In this document: piece by piece, positions 30,625 through 40,797 of the stretch
Layout: every line of letters starts with the position of its first letter
Numbering within the stretch: the first letter of the stretch is position 1
Assembly (NCBI GenBank): GCA_041742135.1
Contig: JBGSJG010000001.1
Location: 67,151 to 131,150, forward strand
Direction: 5' to 3'
Length of the DNA stretch: 64,000 bases
Source of the DNA: Patescibacteria group bacterium
GTDB lineage: Bacteria > Patescibacteriota > Microgenomatia > UBA8517
Notes under the pieces: generated by a model
Told to the model about the DNA's origin: nothing
The model's input: only the letters and a program-made list of their open reading frames with translations
Database searches by the model: none
Made by a program: the position numbers and the translations under genes

Positions 30625-31578
30625 TTAACTTACAGAAGTCCCTTTGTAGATCTTTGGATTTTTGAGCCAAGAGGTGGGTGGGTTGACCACTTCACCTTGT
30701 GGCACCTCGGAAGTCTCTTCTTCGGGATTTTGATCATCAAGCTTGGCGGCGCCTTTAACGGCACGTAGTGGCATAGGCATGGGAAGTGGCCCTGCCGGCA
30801 TTGGCTGGCCTGGCATCATAGGCATCCCGGGCATCATTTGTATACCTGCTGGCCTAAATTCTTCCTTTTTGGTGTATTTTCCACCCAAGGCCATCAGCTC
30901 GCCAGACAATTTAAAGGTGTTCGCGCCAACTTCTTTACTGTTAAAATTATTACTGCCTTCGTGAATACCGGACAAGAGATTTGAAGCAATATCTGCATTT
31001 ATGCTGCCTTCAAAAGCTTTTAAGTAATCTCCAATTACTTCACTAATTGAAGAAGCTGGTCTTGAAAGGGAAATTATATTACGACCTGCGGGTGCGTTCA
31101 TATCATTTATTCCAATATGAACAAGCTTGGCTTGAGCCAGCTCATCAGTCAAAAGTGGAGGGAAGCTCTCGGGACGATCTCCGCCAATTAAAATTACTGT
31201 ATCTGCGGAAACCCCTGAGTAACTGGCGTGTACCTGGTCCTTTTTGGGAGGCTCCATCTGGCTTTTGGGGATAACCGTAAGCTTAAACTGCTCATTTTCT
31301 ACGTCATAGTTGACGCGCTCAATGTTTTCGGCTGGATAATCCAAAAAGCTTAGTACCAAGTTTTTACTACCAATTTCGTCGCTTATGCGGTCTACTCCTA
31401 CCAAACGATTAAACAAAACTCTCATTTGAGTAGGGCAACTTATTACGGCATCTTTTTTAGATTCAAGCGCCAAATAAAGCGAAAGACCGGCTGCGACTTG
31501 GTCGAAATTTGGCTCCTTTGGAAGGAGTATCAAAAGAGAATTTGAGGCCTCGATAACTGATTTAAATGATTGTTCCAT
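30625..31578 (-). CDS. Degenerate DHH-family (NrnA-like) protein
   Basis: LLILLP..PNFDQVAAGLSL, ASSISE, ASNLLSGI...SNNF follow the DHH scaffold, but there is no DHH triad; Pro/Met-rich tail. Confidence 0.65.
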   Translation of the reverse strand: MEQSFKSVIEASNSLLILLPKEPNFDQVAAGLSLYLALESKKDAVISCPTQMRVLFNRLVGVDRISDEIGSKNLVLSFLDYPAENIERVNYDVENEQFKLTVIPKSQMEPPKKDQVHASYSGVSADTVILIGGDRPESFPPLLTDELAQAKLVHIGINDMNAPAGRNIISLSRPASSISEVIGDYLKAFEGSINADIASNLLSGIHEGSNNFNSKEVGANTFKLSGELMALGGKYTKKEEFRPAGIQMMPGMPMMPGQPMPAGPLPMPMPLRAVKGAAKLDDQNPEEETSEVPQGEVVNPPTSWLKNPKIYKGTSVS

Positions 31579-31606
31579 AGATCCTTCGGCTGTGCTCAGG
31601 ATGACA
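31579..31606. repeat. Intergenic REP-like hairpin element
   Basis: AGATCCTTCGGCTGTGCTCAGGATGACA with an ATCCT...AGGAT stem; related copies lie inside pnp, nusA and dnaK. Confidence 0.7.
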
Positions 31607-31612
31607 TTGCTG

Positions 31613-32992
31613 TCACTTAATTGCGTGAATTATATCACCTTTTTCAAAAGCCACCAGAGGAGACATAATAACACCGCATTCTTCCCCTGCTTTTGCCTCA
31701 GATAGCTCGTTTTTGCCACGCCTCATCGATACAACTTTGGCACGGCCCAATTCACGCTCACCTCGCATAAGCATAAGCTTGTCGGTTTTATTAATTCGAC
31801 CTTCCAAAATCTTGCATCCCGCGACCAATGTCTTATTAAAGGGAAATGTAGCCAATATTTCGGCCTTGCCTAAAATCACAGCCTGGCCAGCTTTCACTTT
31901 GTCTAAAGCGTACTGCATAAGCTCGTAAATGATTTTAAATTCAGAAATCTCGACGTCTTCAGTTTCGGCGAGTTTTCTAACCTGGGCCGGAACCTTCGCT
32001 TCAAATGTCAGGATAATTGCTCCGGATGTTTTAGCAAAAAAGACGTCTGACTCGGTTACCTCACCAATGGCCGAGGTTAAAACGACTATTTCTTTGCCCA
32101 AGGAAGCGAGTATCGCCTCGAGTGCCCCTGACGTTGCTGCCTTGAGCACCACTCCAAGCTGATCGTGGCCAACTTTCTGAGATTTTTTTGTGGACTGGCC
32201 TTGCGGCTTGGGATCACTTCCCGATATTAACTTTGCACCCACAGGTGGAGTCTCTGTAAAGCCCAAAATAGCTACAGGTTCACCTGGAGTTGCCTCACGA
32301 ACGTTTTCGCCACTCGTGCCAAAAAGCCCTTTAACACGGGTCGATGCAGTCTCGGCGGACACATCACTTGATACTTTTAGTGTCCCGTTTTTAATAACGA
32401 CAGACACCATCACTCCCCGTTTATCTTTGTTTGTTTCAATCACATAGGCCTCCAAAGGAGCATCAGCATCGCCGGCTACTCCATTTACTTCGGCCATTAA
32501 AGTGATAAGTTCCAAAAGTTCCTTAATTCCACGGCCTTCTTTTGCAGCTACTTCAACAGATGAAACAGCGCCTCCTCGGCCTTCAAAAAATATCTCTTCG
32601 GCCTCAAGCTGCCCGCGTGCGCGCTCAACATTGGCTGAGGGTAAATCAACTTTCGTAAAAACCACAATCATGGGGATTTTATTTTCTTTGATGTAGCCCA
32701 AGGCTTCTTTCGTTTGAGGCATCAGTCCGTCATCAGCTGCAACCACGAGTAAAACTATGTCGGCAACGCGCGCGCCACGAGCTCGCATCGACGAAAATGC
32801 CGCGTGCCCCGGAGTATCAACAAAAGTGATTGTGCCGCTATCGGTCACAACTTTAGAGGCGCCAATTCCTTGAGTAATACCGCCGGCTTCACGAGAAGCA
32901 ACGTTGGATTTTCGAATCGCGTCTAGAAGTGTAGTTTTGCCGTGATCAACATGGCCCAAAACTGTAACTATTGGTGGTCGTTTGTCGCTCAT
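31613..32992 (-). CDS. infB: Translation initiation factor IF-2, minimal form without N-terminal domain
   Basis: Starts directly at [20 protein letters not shown]; DTPGHAAF; 459 aa. Confidence 0.95.
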   Translation of the reverse strand: MSDKRPPIVTVLGHVDHGKTTLLDAIRKSNVASREAGGITQGIGASKVVTDSGTITFVDTPGHAAFSSMRARGARVADIVLLVVAADDGLMPQTKEALGYIKENKIPMIVVFTKVDLPSANVERARGQLEAEEIFFEGRGGAVSSVEVAAKEGRGIKELLELITLMAEVNGVAGDADAPLEAYVIETNKDKRGVMVSVVIKNGTLKVSSDVSAETASTRVKGLFGTSGENVREATPGEPVAILGFTETPPVGAKLISGSDPKPQGQSTKKSQKVGHDQLGVVLKAATSGALEAILASLGKEIVVLTSAIGEVTESDVFFAKTSGAIILTFEAKVPAQVRKLAETEDVEISEFKIIYELMQYALDKVKAGQAVILGKAEILATFPFNKTLVAGCKILEGRINKTDKLMLMRGERELGRAKVVSMRRGKNELSEAKAGEECGVIMSPLVAFEKGDIIHAIK

Positions 32993-33016
32993 AAATAAAA
33001 TTAATGATTGTCACGT

Positions 33017-34105
33017 TCATTCTTCAGCAACTGCGTCGGCAGCTTCTTCAGGCTTATCTTCAGATTTTTCTTCAGGTTTTTGGGACCCTTCGGCTTCCTC
33101 AGCTTCAATTCTAAAACCAGTGATTCTTCCGGCAAGTTTGATGTTCTGTCCGTCTCGGCCAATAACCAAAGAAAGCTGGTCGGCTGGAACTTTAACTACT
33201 GCTGTTAAATTTTTCTTATCAAGTGTGAGCTCGGTAATTTCAACAGGGGCAAAAGTTGCCTTTATAAGCTCGCTGGCATCCTCCGACCAAGGAATAATAT
33301 CTACTCGCTCTCCTCCAAGCTCAGTTGTAACTGCTTGAACTCGAACGCCTTTTTGGCCGACACAGCTTCCAACTGGGTCAACTCCAGGCTGGGTAGAAGA
33401 AACTGCAATTTTGGTGCGAATTCCGGGATCGCGAGCAATCGCTTTGATCTCAACTGATCCGGAAGAAATCTCCGGAACTTCTCGAGCAAAGATTTTTTTG
33501 ACAAACTCTGGGTCAGCTCGAGAAAGAATTATTTGTTTTTCGCGTGGGCCGTCTTCAATGGCTTTAAGTAAAAACGACAGGCGCTGAGCCAAATTCAAGT
33601 GTTCTGTCGGAACTCGCTCTTCGGCGGGCATGAGGCCTTCTGTTTTGCCCAAATCAACTCGAACGTTTGGCCCATCAAATCGTAGTACTGTGCCGGAAAC
33701 TAATGAGCCTACGCGGCCACCAAATTCCCCGAATACTACTCCCTTCTCTGCTTCTCGGATTTTTTGATGAATTACTTGCTTGGCAGTTTGTGCTGCGATT
33801 CTTCCAAACCCTGGAGGTGTAACATCCACTCGCTCGTCCAGCTTGGCTGGCTCAAGTTCTGTGCCGTCTTCGTCAACTTTTGCTCCGGGCCAAGCAAAAA
33901 TCTTGGCTTCGCCTGTAACATTGTCGATTTCTGCGTCGTAATCATTTGTATCAACTTCAACTCCCTGTTCGCGAGCATCTCTTTTGTATGCCGCAACATA
34001 GGCTTGTTTAATTGTTTCGAGGATTACTTCGGCATCAAGACCACGCTCCTGAGCGATTGCTTTGAGTGCCTGACTAAATTCTGTTCTTGGTCCTTGGTTT
34101 GCCAT
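33017..34105 (-). CDS. nusA: Transcription termination factor NusA
   Basis: FGRIAAQTAKQVI, EVPEI, ARDPG.RTKIAV, DPVGSCVG; start at ATG 34105. Confidence 0.97.
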   Translation of the reverse strand: MANQGPRTEFSQALKAIAQERGLDAEVILETIKQAYVAAYKRDAREQGVEVDTNDYDAEIDNVTGEAKIFAWPGAKVDEDGTELEPAKLDERVDVTPPGFGRIAAQTAKQVIHQKIREAEKGVVFGEFGGRVGSLVSGTVLRFDGPNVRVDLGKTEGLMPAEERVPTEHLNLAQRLSFLLKAIEDGPREKQIILSRADPEFVKKIFAREVPEISSGSVEIKAIARDPGIRTKIAVSSTQPGVDPVGSCVGQKGVRVQAVTTELGGERVDIIPWSEDASELIKATFAPVEITELTLDKKNLTAVVKVPADQLSLVIGRDGQNIKLAGRITGFRIEAEEAEGSQKPEEKSEDKPEEAADAVAEE

Positions 34106-34114
34106 GTTTTTTAC

Positions 34115-34139
34115 AAAAAAAGGTGGGTCAAGCCCACCT
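34115..34139 (-). terminator. Terminator/attenuator hairpin in the nusA leader (rimP-leader-like)
   Basis: Minus strand AGGTGGG-CTTGA-CCCACCT then a T run, about 10 nt before the nusA ATG and downstream of TTGACT-18-TAAAAT. Confidence 0.7.
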
Positions 34140-34202
34140 ATCAAGTAACTAATCTAGGGTATTTTAAGCTAATTGGGGTAGATAAGTCAAACTCAAAAGA
34201 AT

Positions 34203-34844
34203 TTAATCGGGGAGATTTTTTGCAACAACTGGTGCAACGCGTGCCTTTACTGTCCGGTTGTTACTATTACTGGCATCAATATCAGTTTCAACTTGGTAAT
34301 ATTCTTGGTTCAATCCGTCTCTCACGCGGACCACCGTCGAGTGGGTCTTTGCCGCGTAGTTTTTTTGGCCGCCCGCATCGTCAAGTGTAGGCAGCGACAG
34401 CATTGAAGAAATCGAATCGGGATCCATACGACCTGGGATCGGCGCTTTGATTTTATCCTCTTTGTTGGGTGCTTGAGACCAGACAAGTTCCTTCTCCTTT
34501 GGATCATAGACCAAAAGATCGACCGCAACTCCAGGCGTCTCGCTTGTTTTAACATAAGGCAAAACACCATACGATACGCCGCTGGCCTCCACAGTAAACG
34601 GCAAGTCAACTTCTTGCCCATCATGTGGTGACTTTGGCTGAAACAAAAAGGTTCGGTCCGTGTCGATTCCCCCAACCGACCCTCGCCTTGTTTGCGTTTT
34701 TTGGTCCAAATCAAGATAAACAGCAGGGCGAGCATCGACATAGGATTCGGATTTTAAAACTCCAAGTTGCGCAGGTACTGGACGTGACGTATCAAGGGAG
34801 AAGTTTGGGCGAGCAGGTGGTGTAATATCAAAGTCTTCTGGCAT
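34203..34844 (-). CDS. Hypothetical protein
   Basis: 213-aa ORF; TAAAAT 6 nt before the ATG. Confidence 0.65.
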   Translation of the reverse strand: MPEDFDITPPARPNFSLDTSRPVPAQLGVLKSESYVDARPAVYLDLDQKTQTRRGSVGGIDTDRTFLFQPKSPHDGQEVDLPFTVEASGVSYGVLPYVKTSETPGVAVDLLVYDPKEKELVWSQAPNKEDKIKAPIPGRMDPDSISSMLSLPTLDDAGGQKNYAAKTHSTVVRVRDGLNQEYYQVETDIDASNSNNRTVKARVAPVVAKNLPD

Positions 34845-34897
34845 AGCACCATTTTATGTTTAACGCAGTTGATAGTCAAACCTGATAGAATCAATTG

Positions 34898-35536
34898 ATG
34901 GCAGATACAGAAGAAGGCGCGGCCGCAGGCCCTTACATTGCTCCAGAGCGCAGAGCCGCTCCGGGGGTGATTTTAGTCGAGCCTCTCGTCATGAATGGCA
35001 CTTATTGCCTAGATTTAACTCCTAATAATAATCCCGAATTTTACGGTTTAGCAAAAAAAATGAGCGAGGATGCTGGCGCGAAAGCTGATCTTGCCCAAAC
35101 CGTGGCTTCAATAAACAAGTATTCTCCGCCCGGCGTACCTGCCGAAGAATATAAAAAGAAAGTCGACCCACTTCAGAAAGGTGCGATTGTTCCAATCGAC
35201 ACATTTTTCGAAGGCGACAGCAGCGTGCCCGCTTACTGTTACGAGAGGACTTTACTCACTCAGCTAGTATTAGCCCAAAAGGGGCACCAAACAATGAGAG
35301 TTAACCTCCGAAACACCCCTTCCGAAAACGCCCCTGGCTTAAATCACATGCTTCTAAAGGTCGTGGATGGACCATATATTGACACCAACGACATATCCAT
35401 TCGCGATGGCCAGAGAAATATTAGTGCCAGCATTGTCGGCCAAGAAGAGGAGCTAAGGAAAAAGTACGGTAGTTATGGGGAAATATCCATTACGCAAACG
35501 GGCGACCCAAACGTTTTTAGCCCTGTAAAACGTTGA
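34898..35536 (+). CDS. Putative transglutaminase-like (Cys-His-Asp) protein
   Basis: AYCYERTLLTQLVL...NHMLLKV...YIDTN spacing; TGaTAGAAT 6 nt before the ATG. Confidence 0.5.
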   Translation: MADTEEGAAAGPYIAPERRAAPGVILVEPLVMNGTYCLDLTPNNNPEFYGLAKKMSEDAGAKADLAQTVASINKYSPPGVPAEEYKKKVDPLQKGAIVPIDTFFEGDSSVPAYCYERTLLTQLVLAQKGHQTMRVNLRNTPSENAPGLNHMLLKVVDGPYIDTNDISIRDGQRNISASIVGQEEELRKKYGSYGEISITQTGDPNVFSPVKR

Positions 35537-35543
35537 AAAATTG

Positions 35544-36437
35544 TTACTGAGACTCTGCCTTGTCTAACTTCTCAGCCCAATAAGAATAGGCTGCCGCCCG
35601 TAACCGCACAGGACCCTCGCCACTACCTCTACCTAGCATATATGCAACTGTCTCCCCAACAGTGCGTGCTTCTGGAATTGGCAATCCATGTTTTGTGATT
35701 ATTCTGTCTGAAGAATCTCCAATTTTTGGCCCAATGAAATATCTATCTCTCATCTCAAACACTGCCTCTTGAACCTGTTGCTCTGTAACAGAGTCTCCCG
35801 CAATCTCCCGCCATGAGCCATACTTAACCGGCGTGAGCACGTCCATAGGGCTTGAAGCATTGTTTTGATAAAATTTCTCCAAATTTCGACCAACATCACT
35901 AGTGTTGGCATCTGCTAGCAAACCAGCTTCCTGGGACCTTACAATCCTCGCCGCCGATACTGGCTGGGTAGAGATAGATATCCTCATTCTCTTTTCTTCC
36001 GGAATGTCAGTTATCATTGCCCCTAGCTTTGCGACAGGAAAGCTCATTTGAACTCTCATTTCAGACACAATTGCGTCAGTTTTTATCACACTTCTGGGGT
36101 TAGTACCGAGAGTGGAACCCAGAACCAAACCGCTCTCTAAAACAGGTTGGCCGAAATACTCCTGATTTGTTGGAGCATATAAATCAGCTTGGGGGGCGCG
36201 AATTTTGTCATCCGCTTTCCCTGTAACAAGAAGGTGCACTGCCGTGTTATCTTCAAAACGAAGCTCGAGAACGTTAGGCGCTTCTATCAGATTTAAATCA
36301 ACCAGTTTGCCTTGTTCATTGATTGCTTCAATTGGACCAATAGCTTTGGCCTTTTGGCGAAGTTCGCCTGGATCCGAGACTTGGCCACCAGACACATTAC
36401 GGCCTTCAAGTATTTGGTGAGCTGGTTCTTCTGGCAT
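35544..36437 (-). CDS. Hypothetical protein
   Basis: 297-aa ORF directly downstream of dnaJ. Confidence 0.7.
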   Translation of the reverse strand: MPEEPAHQILEGRNVSGGQVSDPGELRQKAKAIGPIEAINEQGKLVDLNLIEAPNVLELRFEDNTAVHLLVTGKADDKIRAPQADLYAPTNQEYFGQPVLESGLVLGSTLGTNPRSVIKTDAIVSEMRVQMSFPVAKLGAMITDIPEEKRMRISISTQPVSAARIVRSQEAGLLADANTSDVGRNLEKFYQNNASSPMDVLTPVKYGSWREIAGDSVTEQQVQEAVFEMRDRYFIGPKIGDSSDRIITKHGLPIPEARTVGETVAYMLGRGSGEGPVRLRAAAYSYWAEKLDKAESQ

Positions 36438-36444
36438 GTGTTTA

Positions 36445-37320
36445 CTATAACCCTTCTTTTCTCAATTCTTCTATTAACTTCTTCTGATCCCGATTAAGCT
36501 TGGCTGGAGTGCTTACTGCAATGCGAACGTATTCATCCCCACGCCCCGCGCCTCGCAGGTGTTTGACTCCGCGTTCACGAAGCCTCATCATACTGCCGGC
36601 TTGGGTTCCCGGCCTAATTTTAATCTTCACCTCATCGTCCACAGTCGGAACGTCTATTTCGCCTCCAAGTACAGCCATTGAGTAGGGAATTTCCACTTTT
36701 ACATAAATATCTGCCCCATCTCGCTCGAAAATATTATGAGGGCGAACATTTACAGACAGTACAAAATCTTCAAACTGAATGCGTGTCCCATCGTCAACAC
36801 CCGCTGGGATTTTGATCGTTCGTTTTTTATTATTTATGGATACTTGCTTTTCTGACCCGTGAACCGCATCCATAAAATCTACGTCGATACCGTATCTGGG
36901 GATCTGGCGAGCTTGGCGAAAACCACCTCCGCCGCCAAAGAATTGTTCAAAAATTTCGAAGGGGTCTCCAAAATCAAATCCCGCAGCCCCTGGCCCACCA
37001 CTGGAATATGAGTAAGTAAACGGCCGCTGGCCTCCACCGAAAGGGTTCCCTCCTGCAAATGGGTTGGCTCCAGCTCCTCCACCGGGCGCAAAAGCTTGAT
37101 GGCCAAATTGGTCATACGCCTGGCGTTTGCCAGAATCAGAGAGAACTTGGTAAGCTTCGTTTATTTCTTTGAAGCGCTTTTCGGCCGCTTCTTTGTTGTC
37201 TTTGTGCTTGTCCGGGTGCCACTCGACAGCTTGTTTTCTGTAAGCTTTTTTAATGTCTTCTGCCGAAGCGGTCTTATTGACCCCTAAAATATCGTAATAA
37301 TCTGCTTTTGCGGCTGCCAT
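36445..37320 (-). CDS. dnaJ: DnaJ family chaperone, class B (no zinc finger)
   Basis: J domain with HPD, G/F-rich region, C-terminal domain; no CxxCxGxG repeats. Confidence 0.93.
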   Translation of the reverse strand: MAAAKADYYDILGVNKTASAEDIKKAYRKQAVEWHPDKHKDNKEAAEKRFKEINEAYQVLSDSGKRQAYDQFGHQAFAPGGGAGANPFAGGNPFGGGQRPFTYSYSSGGPGAAGFDFGDPFEIFEQFFGGGGGFRQARQIPRYGIDVDFMDAVHGSEKQVSINNKKRTIKIPAGVDDGTRIQFEDFVLSVNVRPHNIFERDGADIYVKVEIPYSMAVLGGEIDVPTVDDEVKIKIRPGTQAGSMMRLRERGVKHLRGAGRGDEYVRIAVSTPAKLNRDQKKLIEELRKEGL

Positions 37321-37362
37321 GTGAGCAATATTGTATCAGGTGAAGGAAAAATTGTTAATCAG

Positions 37363-37584
37363 TTATCTCTTTAGAGTGCTAATATTAGCTTGAATATATA
37401 CATCCAAAGCATCAGCAACAAGACCTGCACGGGAGGCTTCGCCACTCGTTTCCCTCGAATGTCGTTCAAGACGATGTTTCGCACTTCTTAGCTCTCCCAC
37501 AGAAAACACGGACACATCTTGGGCGTCACCGCCATTTCCGAATTTTATCAGGGACGCATATAAGTCGTTTACTCTTTCCGTCAT
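37363..37584 (-). CDS. Small hypothetical protein
   Basis: 73-aa ATG ORF, co-oriented, fills the gap. Confidence 0.5.
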   Translation of the reverse strand: MTERVNDLYASLIKFGNGGDAQDVSVFSVGELRSAKHRLERHSRETSGEASRAGLVADALDVYIQANISTLKR

Positions 37585-37644
37585 AGTTGTGGGATTTTAT
37601 ATCCTTATGGGGATTTTATCAAGCAGTTGTATTTGCCGACTGCA

Positions 37645-38310
37645 TTAATTACGAGAAAATTTTTCAGCTAATCGTGCCGCTACACCCTTTTGTCGCCTTC
37701 CGCCTTCTCTCTGGTTATCAAATTTTCTGGCCTCAGCGAAATTCGGGCTTCCGGTCTTGCCGTCATCCCTTCGCCATGCGGCGTACTCGCCCAGAAATGC
37801 ACCCAAGTCCTCTCCTGGATGTTCCCGAATCTCCAATTTTCTAAATTTAGGGTCCCTAGCTTCACTGAGATTTCCAGGGAACTGCTTACCGACTTTTACA
37901 TAATCACCCAATACTTCAAAAAAGGTCGGGGCTTCTGCGCCTTTGCCAACTTTTCTATCCCAAACATCTTCATAGTCTGCGGCCAAGCTCCGAACCCTTT
38001 GCTCCCTTTCAGGCCGAGAGAGCCCTGGCTTATACTCATTTTTCGGATCAGTCAAAGATGCAAGCGTGCCCATTTTCCCCAAGAACTCCCTTTGGCGGCT
38101 CTCCAATGAACGTTGCTCCGAGACTGTCATATCTGTCTCACCCAACCCCTCGTAATAGTCGGCCATTTTACGATCTAGTTCACCAAGTTTTTCGGGATCT
38201 TCGTGAACCTGGCCATGAGACGTATCGATAAGATCGTTTATCCGTCTTTCGGCCACTAAAACCTTGAAGGAATCTGCGTTTATTTCAGGAAAGCTATTGC
38301 CTTCTGGCAT
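37645..38310 (-). CDS. Hypothetical charged protein
   Basis: 221-aa ORF starting 5 nt after the dnaK stop. Confidence 0.7.
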   Translation of the reverse strand: MPEGNSFPEINADSFKVLVAERRINDLIDTSHGQVHEDPEKLGELDRKMADYYEGLGETDMTVSEQRSLESRQREFLGKMGTLASLTDPKNEYKPGLSRPEREQRVRSLAADYEDVWDRKVGKGAEAPTFFEVLGDYVKVGKQFPGNLSEARDPKFRKLEIREHPGEDLGAFLGEYAAWRRDDGKTGSPNFAEARKFDNQREGGRRQKGVAARLAEKFSRN

Positions 38311-38315
38311 AATAT

Positions 38316-40244
38316 TTATTCTACAACTTCGCCTTCTTCAACCCCTTCGGCTGGCTCAGGGCCTTTGGCTTTCCCATCGGCTTTTGGCTCTTCATTCTTA
38401 TCTTCCCCTTCGACTCCCTCAGGTCGCTCAGGGCTTTCAGTCTTCTGTGCTGCTTTATACATTGCTTCTCCCACTTTCTGCAGCTCTTCTGAAAGTTCTT
38501 TTGTAGCCGCTTCGATTTTCTCGCGGTCTTCACCGTCTTTAACTTCTTTCACCGCTTTTATTTTCTCTTCAACTTTTTCAACGATATCTTTAGGAGCTTT
38601 GTCTCCAGCATCTTTTATGGCTTTTTCAGCGGCATTAACAATCGACTCGGCCGTGTTTTTGGCATCAATTAGGGCTTTTTTCTTTTCATCTTCTACTTTA
38701 TTCTTCTCGGCCTCTTCCTTCATCTTCTCTACTTCTTCGTCGGTTAAGCCAACTGCACCGGTAATAGTAATGTCTTGGGTCTTACTTGTAGCCTTATCTT
38801 TGGCTGTAACTTTGAGTAAGCCATTCGAATCCATGTCAAAAGTTACTTCAATTTGAGGAACCCCTCTTGGGGCCGGAGGAATACCGTCAAGAGTAAATGT
38901 TCCAAGTTGTTTATTGTCGCGGCTCATCGGTCGCTCGCCTTGGGTAATTACAATTTGCACCTGAGTTTGATTATCTCCAGCTGTTGAAAACACTTCGGTT
39001 TTGCTGGCTGGAATGGTTGTATTTCGTGGAATCATTGGGGTTGCAACCTGGCCCATGGTCTCAATAGCCAAAGTCAAAGGAGTTACATCGAGTAGTAAAA
39101 TGTCTTTTACTTCCCCGCCCAAAACTCCACCTTGAATAGCAGCTCCGATGGCAACAACTTCATCAGGATTAACTGACTTGTTGGGCTCTTTGCCAAAAAA
39201 TGCCTTTACAGTTTCGACAACTTTTGGCATGCGGGTCATGCCTCCTACCAAGATTATTTCATCAATATCTTTCGGCTCGACCTTTGCGTCTTTAAGAGCA
39301 GCCTTTACAGGCTCCATGGTTGCGTCGATGAGGTCGCCCACCAAACTTTCAAGCTTGGCTCGGGTGAGTTTCATCGTCAAATGCATCGGCTGGCTGTCTT
39401 TTTGAGTTATATAAGGCTGGTTAATTTCAACCTCAGAAGCGGCCGAAAGCTCAATCTTGGCTTTTTCAGCTGCATCACGCACGCGCTGGAGCGCCTGATT
39501 GTCTTGCCTTAGATCCACCCCATTGTCCTTTTTGAATTCCTCAGCAATGTAGTCAACAATCTTTTCATCAAAGTCGTCCCCTCCCAAGTGAGTGTCACCG
39601 TTTGTGGATTTAACTTCAAATACCCCATCCCCAAGTTCCAAAATGGAAATATCAAAAGTTCCGCCGCCCAAATCATAAACTGCGATTTTTTCGGCCTTTT
39701 TCTTGTCCAAACCGTAAGCCAAAGCTGCGGCGGTTGGTTCGTTAATAATTCTCTCAACTTTAAGCCCAGCAATTTCTCCAGCCTGTTTTGTGGCTTGCCT
39801 CTGGGCGTCGTCAAAATAAGCGGGGACTGTAATGACAGCCGACTCCACTTTTTCGCCAAGGTAGGCTTCAGCGTCTTTTTTAAGCTTTGCCAAAACTTTT
39901 GAAGAAATTTCCTGTGGAGTATATTTCTTGCCTTCCACTTCCACCTCAGCCATGTCGGCCTTGCCAGAAACGACGTCATAGCCCACCATCTTTTTGGTGC
40001 GAGTTACTTCCGAGTCACTTGCGCGGCGACCCATGAGGCGCTTTACCGAGTAAATTGAATTTTTAGGATTTAGAATCATTTGCCTCTTGGCAACATCTCC
40101 GACGAGATTTTTAACGGGCTCAACTACTGAAGGCGTAATGTTGCGACCTGTATCCGCCGCTGGAATAACTTTGGGGGATCCCCCCTCCATCACAGCGACT
40201 ACTGAATTTGTTGTTCCTAAATCTATACCAATTATTTTTGACAT
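38316..40244 (-). CDS. dnaK: Chaperone DnaK
   Basis: [36 protein letters not shown]. Confidence 0.99.
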   Translation of the reverse strand: MSKIIGIDLGTTNSVVAVMEGGSPKVIPAADTGRNITPSVVEPVKNLVGDVAKRQMILNPKNSIYSVKRLMGRRASDSEVTRTKKMVGYDVVSGKADMAEVEVEGKKYTPQEISSKVLAKLKKDAEAYLGEKVESAVITVPAYFDDAQRQATKQAGEIAGLKVERIINEPTAAALAYGLDKKKAEKIAVYDLGGGTFDISILELGDGVFEVKSTNGDTHLGGDDFDEKIVDYIAEEFKKDNGVDLRQDNQALQRVRDAAEKAKIELSAASEVEINQPYITQKDSQPMHLTMKLTRAKLESLVGDLIDATMEPVKAALKDAKVEPKDIDEIILVGGMTRMPKVVETVKAFFGKEPNKSVNPDEVVAIGAAIQGGVLGGEVKDILLLDVTPLTLAIETMGQVATPMIPRNTTIPASKTEVFSTAGDNQTQVQIVITQGERPMSRDNKQLGTFTLDGIPPAPRGVPQIEVTFDMDSNGLLKVTAKDKATSKTQDITITGAVGLTDEEVEKMKEEAEKNKVEDEKKKALIDAKNTAESIVNAAEKAIKDAGDKAPKDIVEKVEEKIKAVKEVKDGEDREKIEAATKELSEELQKVGEAMYKAAQKTESPERPEGVEGEDKNEEPKADGKAKGPEPAEGVEEGEVVE

Positions 40245-40253
40245 AATTTTAAA

Positions 40254-40291
40254 CTAGCACTAATATACTGCGAGTGCCAAACAGTTGTCAA
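40254..40291 (-). promoter_or_regulatory. dnaK promoter with overlapping CIRCE operator
   Basis: Minus strand TTGGCACTC-N9-TAGTGCTAG (40254-40280; consensus TTAGCACTC-N9-GAGTGCTAA); TTGACA at 40286-40291; TATATT in the spacer. Confidence 0.85.
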
Positions 40292-40797
40292 GAGTTATTT
40301 TCTTCAATGGCATTATAGCCACCCCAAGTACCTTGATCGTCATTTTCTCCAGCAAGCCTCGCCCAGCCTTTAATTCCTGCCAGCATGTCATCGTTATTCC
40401 CAGGTGGGACACGATGGTCGTCACGGTTAGGATTGTTTCTTCTTCTTTTCTCAATCTCAGTCTGTTTTCGCGCCTCCGTTGCAATAGCTTTGCCAGCACT
40501 TTTGCTAACACTTTCTATAGCGTCAACTTCTTTGCCATAAAAACCTTAAAGAATCTCTCTTCCCTGTTCATATTCTGGCCAAGCTTGGTATCTCCACCTT
40601 TCAGGCACAAGAACTGTAGGTGTGCCAAATGGACTTTCTACGATTGCTATATTGGGAGCGACCAGTTCCCAGACAAATCTTTCAGCTGCTACCTTCATTG
40701 AATCATCAATAACTCTACGGCTTCTCTTAGTAGCTGCCTCGACAGCATCCACAACATCTTGTGGTGTAATGTTTAGTCCATGTTCAAATTCAGTCAT
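40288..40797 (-). pseudogene. Hypothetical ORF interrupted by one in-frame TAA (40546-40548)
   Basis: After the 83-aa ORF the same frame stays open for 85 more codons (GFYGKEVDAIES...YNAIEENNS) to TGA at 40288. Confidence 0.55.

Noticed and set aside
40260-40701. ORFs 40260..40511 (-) and 40285..40701 (+)
   Set aside because: The first runs over the dnaK promoter/CIRCE and the second is antisense; the in-frame continuation of the 40797 ORF explains the region better.
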